Below are positions 47,987 to 57,950 of a DNA stretch of 64,000 nt, in pieces. Numbering within the stretch: the stretch's first letter is position 1; each line of letters opens with the position of its first letter. Below the pieces are notes generated by a model. That model was not told the origin of the DNA, made no database searches, and was given only the letters and a program-made list of their open reading frames with translations. The position numbers and the translations under genes were made by a program. The DNA is from an uncultured Chloroflexia bacterium (lineage in GTDB: Bacteria; Chloroflexota; Limnocylindria; Limnocylindrales; CSP1-4), in assembly GCA_963791725.1 (NCBI GenBank), contig CAWBTQ010000003.1, positions 129,441 to 193,440 on the forward strand, written 5' to 3'.

Positions 47987-48210
47987 CGCGGAAGCCTCAC
48001 TGCATCAGTCGGCGCCACCTCAACCGTCCGACCCCCCAAGCTGCCGACTACCAGAACCTGGGTGTGTTTTCTTATCGTCGCCTCGGGATCCGATGCGGAT
48101 GCCAGGAACCGTTCCGTCCCCTGCCGGACCTCGATCAGCACCTCGCCGAGATGCCCCGGGGTGATGTCAGCCGTTACGCGCCCCATCTTGCCGATGACGT
48201 CGTACGACAC
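47983..48210 (-). CDS. NfeD-like OB-fold protein (flotillin partner)
   Basis: IGKMGRVT...GEVLI...QVLVV; ATGA-coupled to flotillin. Confidence 0.75.
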   Translation of the reverse strand: MSYDVIGKMGRVTADITPGHLGEVLIEVRQGTERFLASASDPEATIRKHTQVLVVGSLGGRTVEVAPTDAVRLPR

Positions 48211-48390
48211 GTCTACTCTCCGATCGCGATCACTCAAGTACGACCCATGGTAATGCTTCGCCGAACCGCGAACGGGCGGAAGTTGGACTTGCGTGCGGAC
48301 TCGATCCATTGGGCTCGACGGCCTGTTATCACCACCCTTAGGACCGCGCGGGCCGGAGGTTGGTTCGCTCCGTGCGGGCGATTTGGACGT

Positions 48391-48444
48391 TTGACACGCA
48401 AAACGGCCGGCCTATACTCATATCCGATAGTTTTTGTCGGAATT
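48391..48444 (+). promoter_or_regulatory. suf promoter (TTGACA-N16-TATACT) with Rrf2-type operator
   Basis: -35 48391-48396, -10 48413-48418; TCCGATA-N5-TGTCGGA at 48423-48441. Confidence 0.8.
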
Positions 48445-48639
48445 GGCACGCGGCCAGTGCGTCCCCTGGCTCGGAGCCACTACCGACAGCCGTCAGCAGG
48501 TCGCGGCGCTCGCCCCCACCGCAAGGTGGTCCAGGCGTCCCCCGAGCGCCACACCGGGCCCTCGGAAAGGACGCATCAGATTCCGACGAGCCTGGCGAGA
48601 CCTCCAAGGGCGGACGCACCGCCGAAACGGAGCACCAAA

Positions 48640-49176
48640 CTGGCCACTCGGACGTATCACAGCACCGGCGCCGTCTCCTTCTCGACGAAGGGTGAGTACG
48701 GCGTGCGTCTCATGGCCCAGCTTGCCCGCCGCTTCGGTGGCGGTCCGGCCAGCCTGACCGAGATTGCCGAGCAGGAGGACCTGCCGCGGGCATATCTCGA
48801 GCAGCTGGTCATCAGCCTCCGCGACGCCGACCTCGTACAGAGCACCCGCGGCGCACACGGCGGCTATGAGCTAACCCGCGCGCCCGAGCTGATAGTGATG
48901 GGGGAAGTCCTGCGGGCTCTCGAAGGGCCGATCGCGCCGATGATCTGCGTCACCGACGATCCCAATCACCTGACTTGCGAGCGCAGCGGCCACTGCACCG
49001 TCAACTTCCTGTGGGTTCGGGTGCGCGACGCCATCGCCGGTGCGCTCGACTCGATGACTCTGGCAGATCTCGTGCCGTCGGACGCTCGCCCGATTCCCGC
49101 CGGCCTGCCGGTCTTTGGCGTTCGAGCGGATCAGGTATCGTCTCGCGAGGCAGGCTCTGTCACCCTCGCCGACTGA
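48640..49176 (+). CDS. Rrf2 family regulator (IscR-like, three Cys); probable CTG start
   Basis: [33 protein letters not shown]...C...C; GGAG 7 nt before CTG 48640. Confidence 0.85.
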   Translation: MATRTYHSTGAVSFSTKGEYGVRLMAQLARRFGGGPASLTEIAEQEDLPRAYLEQLVISLRDADLVQSTRGAHGGYELTRAPELIVMGEVLRALEGPIAPMICVTDDPNHLTCERSGHCTVNFLWVRVRDAIAGALDSMTLADLVPSDARPIPAGLPVFGVRADQVSSREAGSVTLAD

Positions 49177-49213
49177 TCGACCGGTCCACCATCCAAGGAG
49201 CAATCGAGCCAAC

Positions 49214-50104
49214 GTGAGCGACCAGGATCTAGTCATACGCGACCTGCACGTGGCCCCGGCCGCGAAACCCGATCACGAGATTCTCAAGGGGATCGACCTG
49301 ACGGTTCGCAAGGGCGAAGTCCACGCCATCATGGGCCCCAACGGCTCCGGCAAGACGACCCTGGCCTATGCCCTGATGGGCCACCCGGCGTACGTCGTCA
49401 AGTCGGGCCAGGTGCTCTGGCAGAACCACGATCTCCTCAAGCTCACGGCCGACAAGAGGGCGCGGCTCGGCATGTTCCTGGCCTTCCAGTACCCGATGGC
49501 CATCCCCGGTCTCTCCGTGGCGAGCTTCCTGCGGTCCGCCATCAACGCCCGCCGCCTCGGCCTGAACCCCGACCCTACGATCGATCCGACCGACGCCTAC
49601 AAGGGCGGGATCCCGATGGGCGAGTTCCGAAAGCTCGTCCGCGAGAAGATGGCCCTGCTCAAGATGGACGAATCGATCGCCTCCCGCTACGTCAACGAGG
49701 GTTTCTCGGGCGGTGAGAAGAAGCGGCTCGAGATGCTCCAGATGGCCGTCCTCCAGCCCGAGATGGCGATCCTCGACGAGACCGACTCCGGCCTGGACAT
49801 CGACGCCCTGCGGATCGTGGCCGAGGGCGTGAACGCCATGCTCAACCCCAACATGGGCGTGCTGGTCATCACCCACTACCAGCGTCTCCTCAACTACATC
49901 ACACCGGAGCGCGTCCACGTCCTGGCGGCCGGACGGATCGTGGCCAGCGGCGGCAAGGACCTGGCGCTACGGCTCGAAGAGGAGGGCTACGCGCCGATCC
50001 TGGCCGAGGCCGGTCTGGAAGGCGAGGTCACCGACGAGGCGCCCGACTCGGAGGACGCGACCGGGGGCAATTCGGCCGAGGCCGCCCTGGGGGCCGCCCA
50101 CTAG
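49214..50104 (+). CDS. sufC: Fe-S cluster assembly ATPase SufC
   Basis: [54 protein letters not shown]. Confidence 0.96.
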   Translation: MSDQDLVIRDLHVAPAAKPDHEILKGIDLTVRKGEVHAIMGPNGSGKTTLAYALMGHPAYVVKSGQVLWQNHDLLKLTADKRARLGMFLAFQYPMAIPGLSVASFLRSAINARRLGLNPDPTIDPTDAYKGGIPMGEFRKLVREKMALLKMDESIASRYVNEGFSGGEKKRLEMLQMAVLQPEMAILDETDSGLDIDALRIVAEGVNAMLNPNMGVLVITHYQRLLNYITPERVHVLAAGRIVASGGKDLALRLEEEGYAPILAEAGLEGEVTDEAPDSEDATGGNSAEAALGAAH

Positions 50105-50116
50105 GGCGGAAGAAGC

Positions 50117-51394
50117 ATGGCCGACACCGCAACCTCTCCCGCCACGTCCAGGCCCGCGCCAGCCCGGATCGACCCTTACCGTCTTCGAGCCGACTTCCCG
50201 ATCCTGGCCACGGTCAATCGGTTCGGCAAGCCGCTGATCTACCTGGACAGCGCCGCGAGCAGCCTCAAGCCGCGGGCCGTCATCGAAGCCGTCGACGCCT
50301 ACAACGGCGAGTACTCCTCGAACATCCATCGCGGCATATACGAGATCGCCGAGCGCGCCACCGCCGCTTACGAAGCGGCACGGGAGTCGACGGCCCGGCT
50401 CATCAACGCTCCCCATTCTGCGGAGATCGTCTTCGTGCGCAACGCCACGGAGGCCATCAACCTCGTGGCTTACTCGTGGGGCCGCCGCAACATAGGCCGG
50501 GGCGACACCATCGTCCTCACCGAGATGGAGCACCACGCCAACCTCGTGCCGTGGCAGCTGCTCGTGCAGGAGAAGGACGGGGATCTCGAGTTCATCCCGA
50601 TCACCGACGACGGCCTGCTCCGCCTCGAGGTCTACGAGGCGCTGCTCCACCTGCGGCCCAAGCTGGTTGCGTTCACCCACGTCTCGAACATGCTCGGGAC
50701 GGTCAACCCGGTGCGCGAACTGACCGAGATGGCGCACGCGGCCGGCGCACTGGTCCTGGTCGACGGGGCGCAGGCGGTGCCGCATATCCCGGTCGACGTC
50801 CAGGCCATCGGCGCCGACTTCTACGTCTTCTCCGGGCACAAGATGCTGGGCCCGACCGGCTCGGGCGCGCTATGGGCACGGCGTGAGCTGCTCGAGGCGA
50901 TGCCTCCCTTCCTCGCCGGCGGCGACATGATCCGTGAGGTCCACCTCCGCCGCTCGGACTGGAACGATGTTCCGTACAAGTTCGAAGCGGGTACGCCGGA
51001 CATCGCGGCCGAGATCGGGATGGGCGCCGCGGCCGAGTATCTGATGAGCCTGGGAATGGACGGGGTTCGCGCCCACGAACAGGAATTGGTCGTCTACACG
51101 CTCGAGACCCTCCGGCGCGAAGTGCCGGGCATCGAGCTGTACGGGCCGCCCGCCGAGGACCACGGCGGAGTCGTGTCGTTCAACATGCCAGGCATTCACC
51201 CCCACGACGTCGCCCAGATCCTCGACCGCTCGGGCATCTGCGTCCGCGCCGGCCACCACTGCACCATGCCGCTCCACGAGCGATTCGATCTGGCGGCTAC
51301 GGCCCGAGCGAGCTTCAACGTCTACACGATCCCCGAAGAGATCGACGCCCTGGCGGTCGGGTTGCGGGAAGTCATCCGCATATTCGAGCGCTGA
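50117..51394 (+). CDS. sufS: Cysteine desulfurase SufS
   Basis: LIYLDSAAS, EHHAN, SGHKMLGPTG, FEAGTP, VRAGHHC. Confidence 0.96.
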   Translation: MADTATSPATSRPAPARIDPYRLRADFPILATVNRFGKPLIYLDSAASSLKPRAVIEAVDAYNGEYSSNIHRGIYEIAERATAAYEAARESTARLINAPHSAEIVFVRNATEAINLVAYSWGRRNIGRGDTIVLTEMEHHANLVPWQLLVQEKDGDLEFIPITDDGLLRLEVYEALLHLRPKLVAFTHVSNMLGTVNPVRELTEMAHAAGALVLVDGAQAVPHIPVDVQAIGADFYVFSGHKMLGPTGSGALWARRELLEAMPPFLAGGDMIREVHLRRSDWNDVPYKFEAGTPDIAAEIGMGAAAEYLMSLGMDGVRAHEQELVVYTLETLRREVPGIELYGPPAEDHGGVVSFNMPGIHPHDVAQILDRSGICVRAGHHCTMPLHERFDLAATARASFNVYTIPEEIDALAVGLREVIRIFER

Positions 51395-51409
51395 CGTATC
51401 CTCGACCCG

Positions 51410-51811
51410 ATGGACGACCTCTACCGCGACTACATACTCGAACACTACCGGCGGCCCCACAATTTCCGGGTGCTCGACGAGCCGACCGCGAGCTACGAGG
51501 GTGCCAACCCGCTCTGCGGCGACCGGATCACGATGATGCTCGAGATCTCCGACGGCGTGGTTCGTGACGTCGCGTTCACGGGTCGAGGCTGCGCCATCAG
51601 CCAGGCCAGCGCGTCGCTGCTGACCGACGAGATCAAGGGCAAGACGGTTGCGGAGGTCGAGAAGATGACCCCCGACGACGTGCTCGACCTGATGGGCATC
51701 GAGATCAGCCCGGCGCGGCTCAAGTGCGCCCTTCTCTCGCTCGATACGGTGGCTCACGCGCTCGCCGAAGACGCGGTCAAGCACGAAGAAGCGGGCCGAC
51801 AACCCGCCTGA
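51410..51811 (+). CDS. sufU: SufU/NifU-like sulfur-transfer scaffold
   Basis: LYRDYILEHY, NPLCGD, GCAISQASAS, RLKCALL. Confidence 0.94.
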   Translation: MDDLYRDYILEHYRRPHNFRVLDEPTASYEGANPLCGDRITMMLEISDGVVRDVAFTGRGCAISQASASLLTDEIKGKTVAEVEKMTPDDVLDLMGIEISPARLKCALLSLDTVAHALAEDAVKHEEAGRQPA

Positions 51812-51869
51812 CAGACGCACCTGGGGCGCGTGCGGCGAACGACGGGCGCCACGAGGTGGCCCCGTCGGG

Positions 51870-53057
51870 TCAGCGGGGCCTCGCAGCGATGACCCCGGCC
51901 ACGTCGCGAGCCACGATGAGGTCCTCTCGGGCCACGATCCGGAGCACCGCCGGGGGACTGCCCAACGCCGACAGGACGGCGTCCTCCGCCGGCGCGATGT
52001 CCTCGATCGGAGCCACGCCCACGGAACCCAGGCGGGCAACGATGCGGGCTCGCAAGACCGCCGCGTTCTCGCCGATGCCGCCGGTGAAGGCGATGCCATC
52101 GAGGGCCGGCAGGGCCGTCGCCGCGGCGGCTATGCACTCGGCAGCCCGCCTCACGAATAGCTCCAGCGCGAGTGCCGCCGCGGCGTCGCCGCCCACCTCC
52201 AGCCGGAGCAGCTCGCGGACGTCGGAGGTTCGACCGGACACCCCGACCAGGCCCGACTCATGGTCCAGCTGCTCGGCCAGTTCGTCGGCTTCGAGGCGAC
52301 CCGTTCGCATCAAATAGAAGAGGATCCCGGGATCGATGGAGCCGGCCCGCGTGCCCATCATCAGCCCTTCGAGCGGGGTCAGGCCCATAGAGGTCGCGAC
52401 CGAGCGCCCGCCGTCGACGGCGGTGACGGAGCAGCCGCTGCCAAGGTGGGCGACGACGATTCGGAGGCGGTCAAGCGGCCGGCCGAGGATCGCCGCCGCT
52501 CGCTCGGCCGACCACGCCACCGAGCTGCCGTGGAAACCGTAGCGGCGGACGCCCCACTCGCGAAACCACTCCTCCGGGACGGGGTAGCGGTACGCCTCCG
52601 GCGTCAGCGTCGCGTGGAAAGCGGTGTCGAAGACGGCCACATGAGGGAGATGCGGGATCGCGGCCAGGCCGGCCTTCATCGTCTCGGCGGCGAGGCCGTT
52701 GTGGAGCGGCGCCAGGTCGCGCAACGCGATGACCTGCTCAATGACCTCTGCCGTCACCCGCACCGGCTGCCGGAAGTCCGCCCCACCGTGCACGACGCGA
52801 TATCCGACGCCCGAGAGCGATCCGAGCTGGATTCCGGCGGCCTCGTAACGGGTCAGTAGTGCGCGGATGTCGTCGGTCGGATCGCCGCCGGTGGTGGCGT
52901 CGACGCCCCAGTCCAGGTCGAGCTGCCCGAGCGGCGCCAGCGACTCGGCGGCCACATTTGGGATCAGGCCGGCCGCATCCGGCGCCGGGATCGTGGCCGT
53001 CTCGATGACGCTCGACTTGAGCGAGCTCGAGCCGGGGTTCAGAACGAGTACGCGCAT
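51870..53057 (-). CDS. ackA: Acetate/propionate kinase
   Basis: LVLNPGSSSLK, RVVHGG, LAPLHN, FDTAFH, RYGFHG, TPLEGLMMGTRAG, FTGGIGEN. Confidence 0.93.
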   Translation of the reverse strand: MRVLVLNPGSSSLKSSVIETATIPAPDAAGLIPNVAAESLAPLGQLDLDWGVDATTGGDPTDDIRALLTRYEAAGIQLGSLSGVGYRVVHGGADFRQPVRVTAEVIEQVIALRDLAPLHNGLAAETMKAGLAAIPHLPHVAVFDTAFHATLTPEAYRYPVPEEWFREWGVRRYGFHGSSVAWSAERAAAILGRPLDRLRIVVAHLGSGCSVTAVDGGRSVATSMGLTPLEGLMMGTRAGSIDPGILFYLMRTGRLEADELAEQLDHESGLVGVSGRTSDVRELLRLEVGGDAAAALALELFVRRAAECIAAAATALPALDGIAFTGGIGENAAVLRARIVARLGSVGVAPIEDIAPAEDAVLSALGSPPAVLRIVAREDLIVARDVAGVIAARPR

Positions 53058-53153
53058 GTGCCGCCTCTCCAGGCAATCGACCGCGCTGCCGACCCCATCG
53101 ACCGGCATCGCAACGTTACCGCGCGGGCGTTGGCCGTGCAGCCGCCCGCGGCC

Positions 53154-53245
53154 GCGCCACGCCACTCCACCACGCCGCCACGCCACGCCGCCACGCCATC
53201 GCGCCGTCAGCGACCCGCGCCATCGCGCCGTCAGCGACCCGCGCC
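53154..53245. repeat. Short tandem repeats: 24-bp unit x2 (53194-53241) plus CGCCA-rich run
   Basis: CGCCATCGCGCCGTCAGCGACCCG duplicated, including the ECF ATPase stop. Confidence 0.8.
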
Positions 53246-54181
53246 GCCCCGCGTCCGGAGCGCCTCGACGAACGCCGCTTCGGTCGGAGTGGCGCCGAGC
53301 CCGAGCCGCGATCCCGCTACGGCGGCCTGAGGCGGCTCCAGATACGTGGCTCTCAGGTCGGGCCAGGCCGCCTCGGCAAACACCGCGTCGGGCGACCCAT
53401 CGAGCAGGACCCGCCCGGCCCTCATGACGACGACGCGCTCGAAGCACTCGGCCACGAAACGCATGTCGTGGCTTATCGCGACTACCGTCCGCCCGTCCGC
53501 CGCCGCCTCCGCGATCACCGATCGGACCATCGCCGCCCCGCGAGCATCCTGGCCGGTCGTCGGTTCGTCGAGCACCATGATCGGCGTCCGCATCGCTAGC
53601 ACCGACGCGAGGGACAGCAGCTTCCGCCTCGAATAGCCCAGGTCGTACGGGTTGGCGGCAGCCTCCGAGCTCAGGCCTACCGCATCGAGGGCGCGGGCCA
53701 CGCGCTCGTCGAGCGCGGCGCCACGAAGACCGAGGTTGCGCGGCCCAAACTCCACCTCGGCCGAAACGCGCCCTGCGAATAGCTGGCGATCAGGGTTCTG
53801 GAATGCCAGCCCGACCCGCGCCGCCAGGCCGGCCACGTGCACGGCTCGAATGTCGACGCCGTCGAGCAGTACCCGACCACCCGTCGGCCTCAGCAGCCCG
53901 TTGAGGTGCCGGGCCAGAGTCGATTTGCCGGACCCGTTCTGGCCGACGACTGCGATCGTCTCGCCCGGCTCGATGCGCAGGCTCACGGAGTCGAGCGCCC
54001 GCGTGCCTTCCGGATAGGTGAAGGAGACCGCCTGGAGCTCGATCGAAGGAACGGACGGTGCCGAGCCCAAACGGCCTGGAGTGCCGAACTGACCGTCGTT
54101 GCCCGTTGTACCGGAATCGGCTGTGGCTCTGGCGAACGCCGCCGGAGCCGTAGGCGTGCCTCCGCGATCGAGCTCGCTCAC
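53231..54181 (-). CDS. ECF transporter ATPase (A')
   Basis: GQNGSGKST, FQNPDRQLF, LDEPTTGQD, SHDM. Confidence 0.9.
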   Translation of the reverse strand: MSELDRGGTPTAPAAFARATADSGTTGNDGQFGTPGRLGSAPSVPSIELQAVSFTYPEGTRALDSVSLRIEPGETIAVVGQNGSGKSTLARHLNGLLRPTGGRVLLDGVDIRAVHVAGLAARVGLAFQNPDRQLFAGRVSAEVEFGPRNLGLRGAALDERVARALDAVGLSSEAAANPYDLGYSRRKLLSLASVLAMRTPIMVLDEPTTGQDARGAAMVRSVIAEAAADGRTVVAISHDMRFVAECFERVVVMRAGRVLLDGSPDAVFAEAAWPDLRATYLEPPQAAVAGSRLGLGATPTEAAFVEALRTRGGAGR

Positions 54182-54993
54182 GCGAGCGCCCTCTCGATCT
54201 CTGGGGACCAATCGAGGCCGGCGGTTCGCACCGCTCGTTCGAGCCGGATTCGAGAGGGCGGTTCCACCCCCAGCTCCACCAGGCGCGGATCGGTGAGCAC
54301 GGCCGCCGCTGTCCCCGCCATCGCCACGCATCCGCCGTCGAGAACCACGACCTCATCGGCGATGCGAGCCAGCACATCGGTCTTGTGCTCAACGATGAGG
54401 ATACCCGCGCCGGTCTCGGCCGCCACATGGACCAGGGCGTCGGCCACGAGGGCGGTTCCGGCCGGGTCGAGCTCGCTCGTCGGCTCGTCCAGGAGCAGGT
54501 AGCGTGGCCGCAGGGCCAGGACCGCAGCCAGTGCCACCAGCTGGCCCTGGCCCCCGGAGAGGCGAGCCGGGTCGCGCGGCGCCAGGTCCTCGATGCCCAC
54601 TGAGCGCAGCGCCCACCAGACCCGCTCGATCACCTCGGGCACCTCCAGGCCCAGGTTGCATGGGCCGAATCCAACCTCCTCGAAGACGGTGGCAGTCGTG
54701 TTGGAGAGCTGGGTAGCCGCGTTCTGGAAGAGCAGGCCGCAGTGCTGGGCCAGCGAGTGCGGCGGGATGGCCGCCGTCTCGGCGCCGTCGATCCGGACCG
54801 AGCCCTCCAGCCGTCCGCCGACGACCTTCGGCGCGAAACCGCTCGCCACCAGGCAGAGCGTCGTCTTGCCCGAATCGTTCGCGCCCACGATGCCCAGGAC
54901 GCGGCCCGGCTCGAGGCGCAGAGCCACCCCTCGCAGCGCGGGCTTCGAGGCGCCCGCGTAACGGTAGGAAACGGCCGATAGCTCGATCGCCAC
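54178..54993 (-). CDS. ECF transporter ATPase (A)
   Basis: GANDSGKTT, LSGGQGQ, LDEPTSELDP, VEHK. Confidence 0.9.
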   Translation of the reverse strand: MAIELSAVSYRYAGASKPALRGVALRLEPGRVLGIVGANDSGKTTLCLVASGFAPKVVGGRLEGSVRIDGAETAAIPPHSLAQHCGLLFQNAATQLSNTTATVFEEVGFGPCNLGLEVPEVIERVWWALRSVGIEDLAPRDPARLSGGQGQLVALAAVLALRPRYLLLDEPTSELDPAGTALVADALVHVAAETGAGILIVEHKTDVLARIADEVVVLDGGCVAMAGTAAAVLTDPRLVELGVEPPSRIRLERAVRTAGLDWSPEIERALA

Positions 54994-54996
54994 GCC

Positions 54997-55803
54997 TCAG
55001 CCAAACCTCTCGGCAATTCGCAAGCCGACGATCGCAACGATGCCCAGAATCGCCGCCCAGCGCAGAGCCCGATCCGAAACTCGATCGGGCGGCACGCGCA
55101 GCAGTGTCTGACGACCCGGCGCCGAGAACGCTCGCGCTTCGAGGGCGATGGTCCGCTCCTCGACCTCGGTCAGGGCCCCGAAGACCACCGGCGCCGCAAG
55201 CGGGACGACGCCGCGAGCCCTCCGCCAGAACGGGCCTTCCGTGTCCATGCCGCGAGCGCGTTGAGCATCGACGATCTCGGCGGCGCGCTCGATCGTTCTC
55301 GGCACCATCTGCACGGCCGCGCCCACGACGAAAACCGCTCGCCTCCCCAACCCGCGGCGCGCCAGATCGGCCAGCAGATCGTCGATCTCCGTCGTCAGAT
55401 AGACGAGGGCTATCGCCGCCGAGAAGGCGGCGAGCCGGGTGACTGTCTGGAGCCCAAACCAGAGCCCGGTCCAGGTGGGCGCAAGCGGCCCGAAGCGGCC
55501 GATCGGGTCGCTCGCACCGGGCAGCAGAAACAGGTTGACGATGAGGATCGAGCCGATGATCGGCGATGCGGCGAGACCGATCGTGGCCAGGCCTCGCAGC
55601 CGCCGGGCCGCCGCGGCCGTGACCAGCACGGCGACCAACGCGGCAATCGGGCCCGACCAGCCGGGCACGGCGAACGAGGCCACGACCTCGAGGGCCGCGA
55701 TGGCCAGCTTGGTCGACGGGTTGATCGAGCGGTAGAAGCCGCCCGGTCCCCGCGTGACGTACTCGGGCAGACCCTCGAGGCGGGTCGGTGATGCGAAGGT
55801 CAA
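54997..55803 (-). CDS. ECF transmembrane T component
   Basis: AQRARG and ALEARAF motifs. Confidence 0.9.
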   Translation of the reverse strand: MTFASPTRLEGLPEYVTRGPGGFYRSINPSTKLAIAALEVVASFAVPGWSGPIAALVAVLVTAAAARRLRGLATIGLAASPIIGSILIVNLFLLPGASDPIGRFGPLAPTWTGLWFGLQTVTRLAAFSAAIALVYLTTEIDDLLADLARRGLGRRAVFVVGAAVQMVPRTIERAAEIVDAQRARGMDTEGPFWRRARGVVPLAAPVVFGALTEVEERTIALEARAFSAPGRQTLLRVPPDRVSDRALRWAAILGIVAIVGLRIAERFG

Positions 55804-55809
55804 GCGGGA

Positions 55810-56703
55810 TCAGCCCTGGGAGGCAGCGTTCGCACCGACCTCGGCCTCGGTGTCGGCCCCGATCGCCCTCTCGCCGTTGGGGAAGCGGGCGACGAAGCGG
55901 CGCGAGAGGCTGCCGATGATGAAGAAGACCACGAACGAGGTGATCATCTTGTCCAGCGGATCAGAGAGAAGACCCTGCTTGAGCGTGGACTGGTACAGGG
56001 TGTCGCCGCCCGCCCGGAAGGCCGCCACCAGCGCATCCGTACCGCTGCCGGTCACTCCGCCGTAGACGACCGCGGAAATCGGGGCCGATACCACGGCGGC
56101 TGCGATCCCCGTGACCAGCCCGGCCGCGATCGCGAAGACGGCTCCAACGTCGCGGCGCAGGACCAGCGCCCAGGCGACGATAACGACGTAGACCAGCATC
56201 ACGCCCAGGAAGAAGAGCTTCGACTGATCGATCGTGATCGACGAGTTGCCGAACACGTTGTTGTTGAAGGCATCGGTGCTGGCGTACGCCCTGGCATATG
56301 TGTAGAACGCCAACGCCCCGACGATGATCACGGCCAGTACCGCGCCGACCATGTTGATCGCTCGGCCTCGGCGAGGCCGGAAGAGACCGAGCTGGCCCCA
56401 GACTCCGGCCAGCAGTCCAATCACACCGGCGGTGATGAAGAAAGGCCCGATCGTGCTGACTCCAATCGGGGCCGGGAGCAGGTAGCCCCAGATCAGGTTG
56501 GCCAGGATGCCGGTGAGCGCGCCGGCGAGCGGGCCGGCCAGCACCCCGACGAGGATCGTGCCGATCGAATCCAGGTAGATCGGCAGCTTCAGGGCCTGCT
56601 GGACCGTGGCCCCGAGGACGATGTTGATCGCGATCGCGACCGGCATCAGCACGATCACCCGGGTGGTGAACTGGCGAGCTACCCAGCGCCGCAACAAACC
56701 CAT
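55810..56703 (-). CDS. ECF substrate-specific S component
   Basis: IAINIV...LKLPIYLDSIGT...GP..G, GGVTGSG, DPLDK; AGGAG RBS. Confidence 0.82.
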   Translation of the reverse strand: MGLLRRWVARQFTTRVIVLMPVAIAINIVLGATVQQALKLPIYLDSIGTILVGVLAGPLAGALTGILANLIWGYLLPAPIGVSTIGPFFITAGVIGLLAGVWGQLGLFRPRRGRAINMVGAVLAVIIVGALAFYTYARAYASTDAFNNNVFGNSSITIDQSKLFFLGVMLVYVVIVAWALVLRRDVGAVFAIAAGLVTGIAAAVVSAPISAVVYGGVTGSGTDALVAAFRAGGDTLYQSTLKQGLLSDPLDKMITSFVVFFIIGSLSRRFVARFPNGERAIGADTEAEVGANAASQG

Positions 56704-56797
56704 CTCTCCTGCTCTCCTCCGGCGGAGCGCGGCCAGGTCGGATGTGCGGGTGCCGCGCCGCGAAAGCTTGCCAGGTCTTGAGGTCGAGTGCCAGCCC

Positions 56798-57886
56798 TCA
56801 GTGATGGGCGGTCCGTCTCGCCGCCAGATCGCCGACCCGCTCGATGAAGCGGGCCATGAAGCGGGCCGAGTCCGCCTCAACCGCTACGTCGACGTTGGGC
56901 GGCCGGCCCCACACGCGCCGCCAGTCCGCCACGGTCTCGCCCGTGGTGAGCCTGCCGCCCAGCTCCACGTCCACGGTGAGAGGCTCCGTCCGTACCAGCG
57001 TCGGGTCGAGCGCCGTGGCAAGCGCCAGCGGGTCGTGGATGAAGGCGCCGTAGAAGCCGTCGTAGCGGCTGTGAAACTCCATGTAGAAGCGCAACGCGTC
57101 CGCCAGGTAGCGCACGATCGGGTCGACACTGCCATCCGGCCGAGCGCCATCGGGAGCGCAACCCGCCCGGGCCGCCAGGGCGGCGAGGTGTTCGGGCAGC
57201 ATCTTGGCTCGCTCCGTGACGTCCAACCCGAGGGCGACGGCTCGCGGCGATCCGACAGCCGGCGTCTCGCTGGACGCGCCCGCAGCGACGGCCTCCGTGG
57301 CCAGGCCCGCGGCCGCCCCCGGCCCGAAGGCCTCGAATACGATCTTCGCCGACTCCGGATCCACGTTGACGTTCCACTCGGTCGTCGGCGCGGTGTTGCC
57401 GGGCGATCGATAGCTGCCGCCCATGACCACCAGGCGTCGCAGAAGGCGCGGCAACTCCGGCTCGCGCAGGACCGCCAGGGCGACGTTCGTGAGCGGCGCC
57501 AGCGTGACCAGCGTCAACTCCCCGGGTCGGCGGCGCGCTGCCTCCACGATCAGGTCCGGGCTGAAGCGCGGCGAGAGCGGCATCCTCGCGGGGGCCAGCT
57601 CGGCATAGCCGATACCACGTGGGCCATGGGTTTCCGGGGTTGTAACGAGCGCCCGCGCCAGCGGCGTCTCACGCCCTAGCGCCACCTCCACGTCCGAACG
57701 ACCGGCCAGCTCGAGCACGGCTCGCGTGTTCTCGGCGACCTGGCGGGCGTCGACGTTCCCGGCCGTGCAGGTCACCGCCACGAGCTCGCACTCGGAAGAG
57801 GCGACGGCGTAGAGCAGCGCGAGGCTGTCGTCTATGCCGGTGTCGCAGTCGACGATGATCGGAATGATGCCCGTGGCTTTGCGCAC
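56798..57886 (-). CDS. Inosine/uridine-preferring nucleoside hydrolase
   Basis: DCDTGIDD, LAPLTNVA, MGG, EWNVNVDPE, GLDVT, HDP. Confidence 0.94.
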   Translation of the reverse strand: MRKATGIIPIIVDCDTGIDDSLALLYAVASSECELVAVTCTAGNVDARQVAENTRAVLELAGRSDVEVALGRETPLARALVTTPETHGPRGIGYAELAPARMPLSPRFSPDLIVEAARRRPGELTLVTLAPLTNVALAVLREPELPRLLRRLVVMGGSYRSPGNTAPTTEWNVNVDPESAKIVFEAFGPGAAAGLATEAVAAGASSETPAVGSPRAVALGLDVTERAKMLPEHLAALAARAGCAPDGARPDGSVDPIVRYLADALRFYMEFHSRYDGFYGAFIHDPLALATALDPTLVRTEPLTVDVELGGRLTTGETVADWRRVWGRPPNVDVAVEADSARFMARFIERVGDLAARRTAHH

Positions 57887-57950
57887 GCCGGCATCGTAGG
57901 GCAGCGCGGCCGGCGGCGGTGCGTGCGGGCGTTCGGGTGAATGTGGCGGT

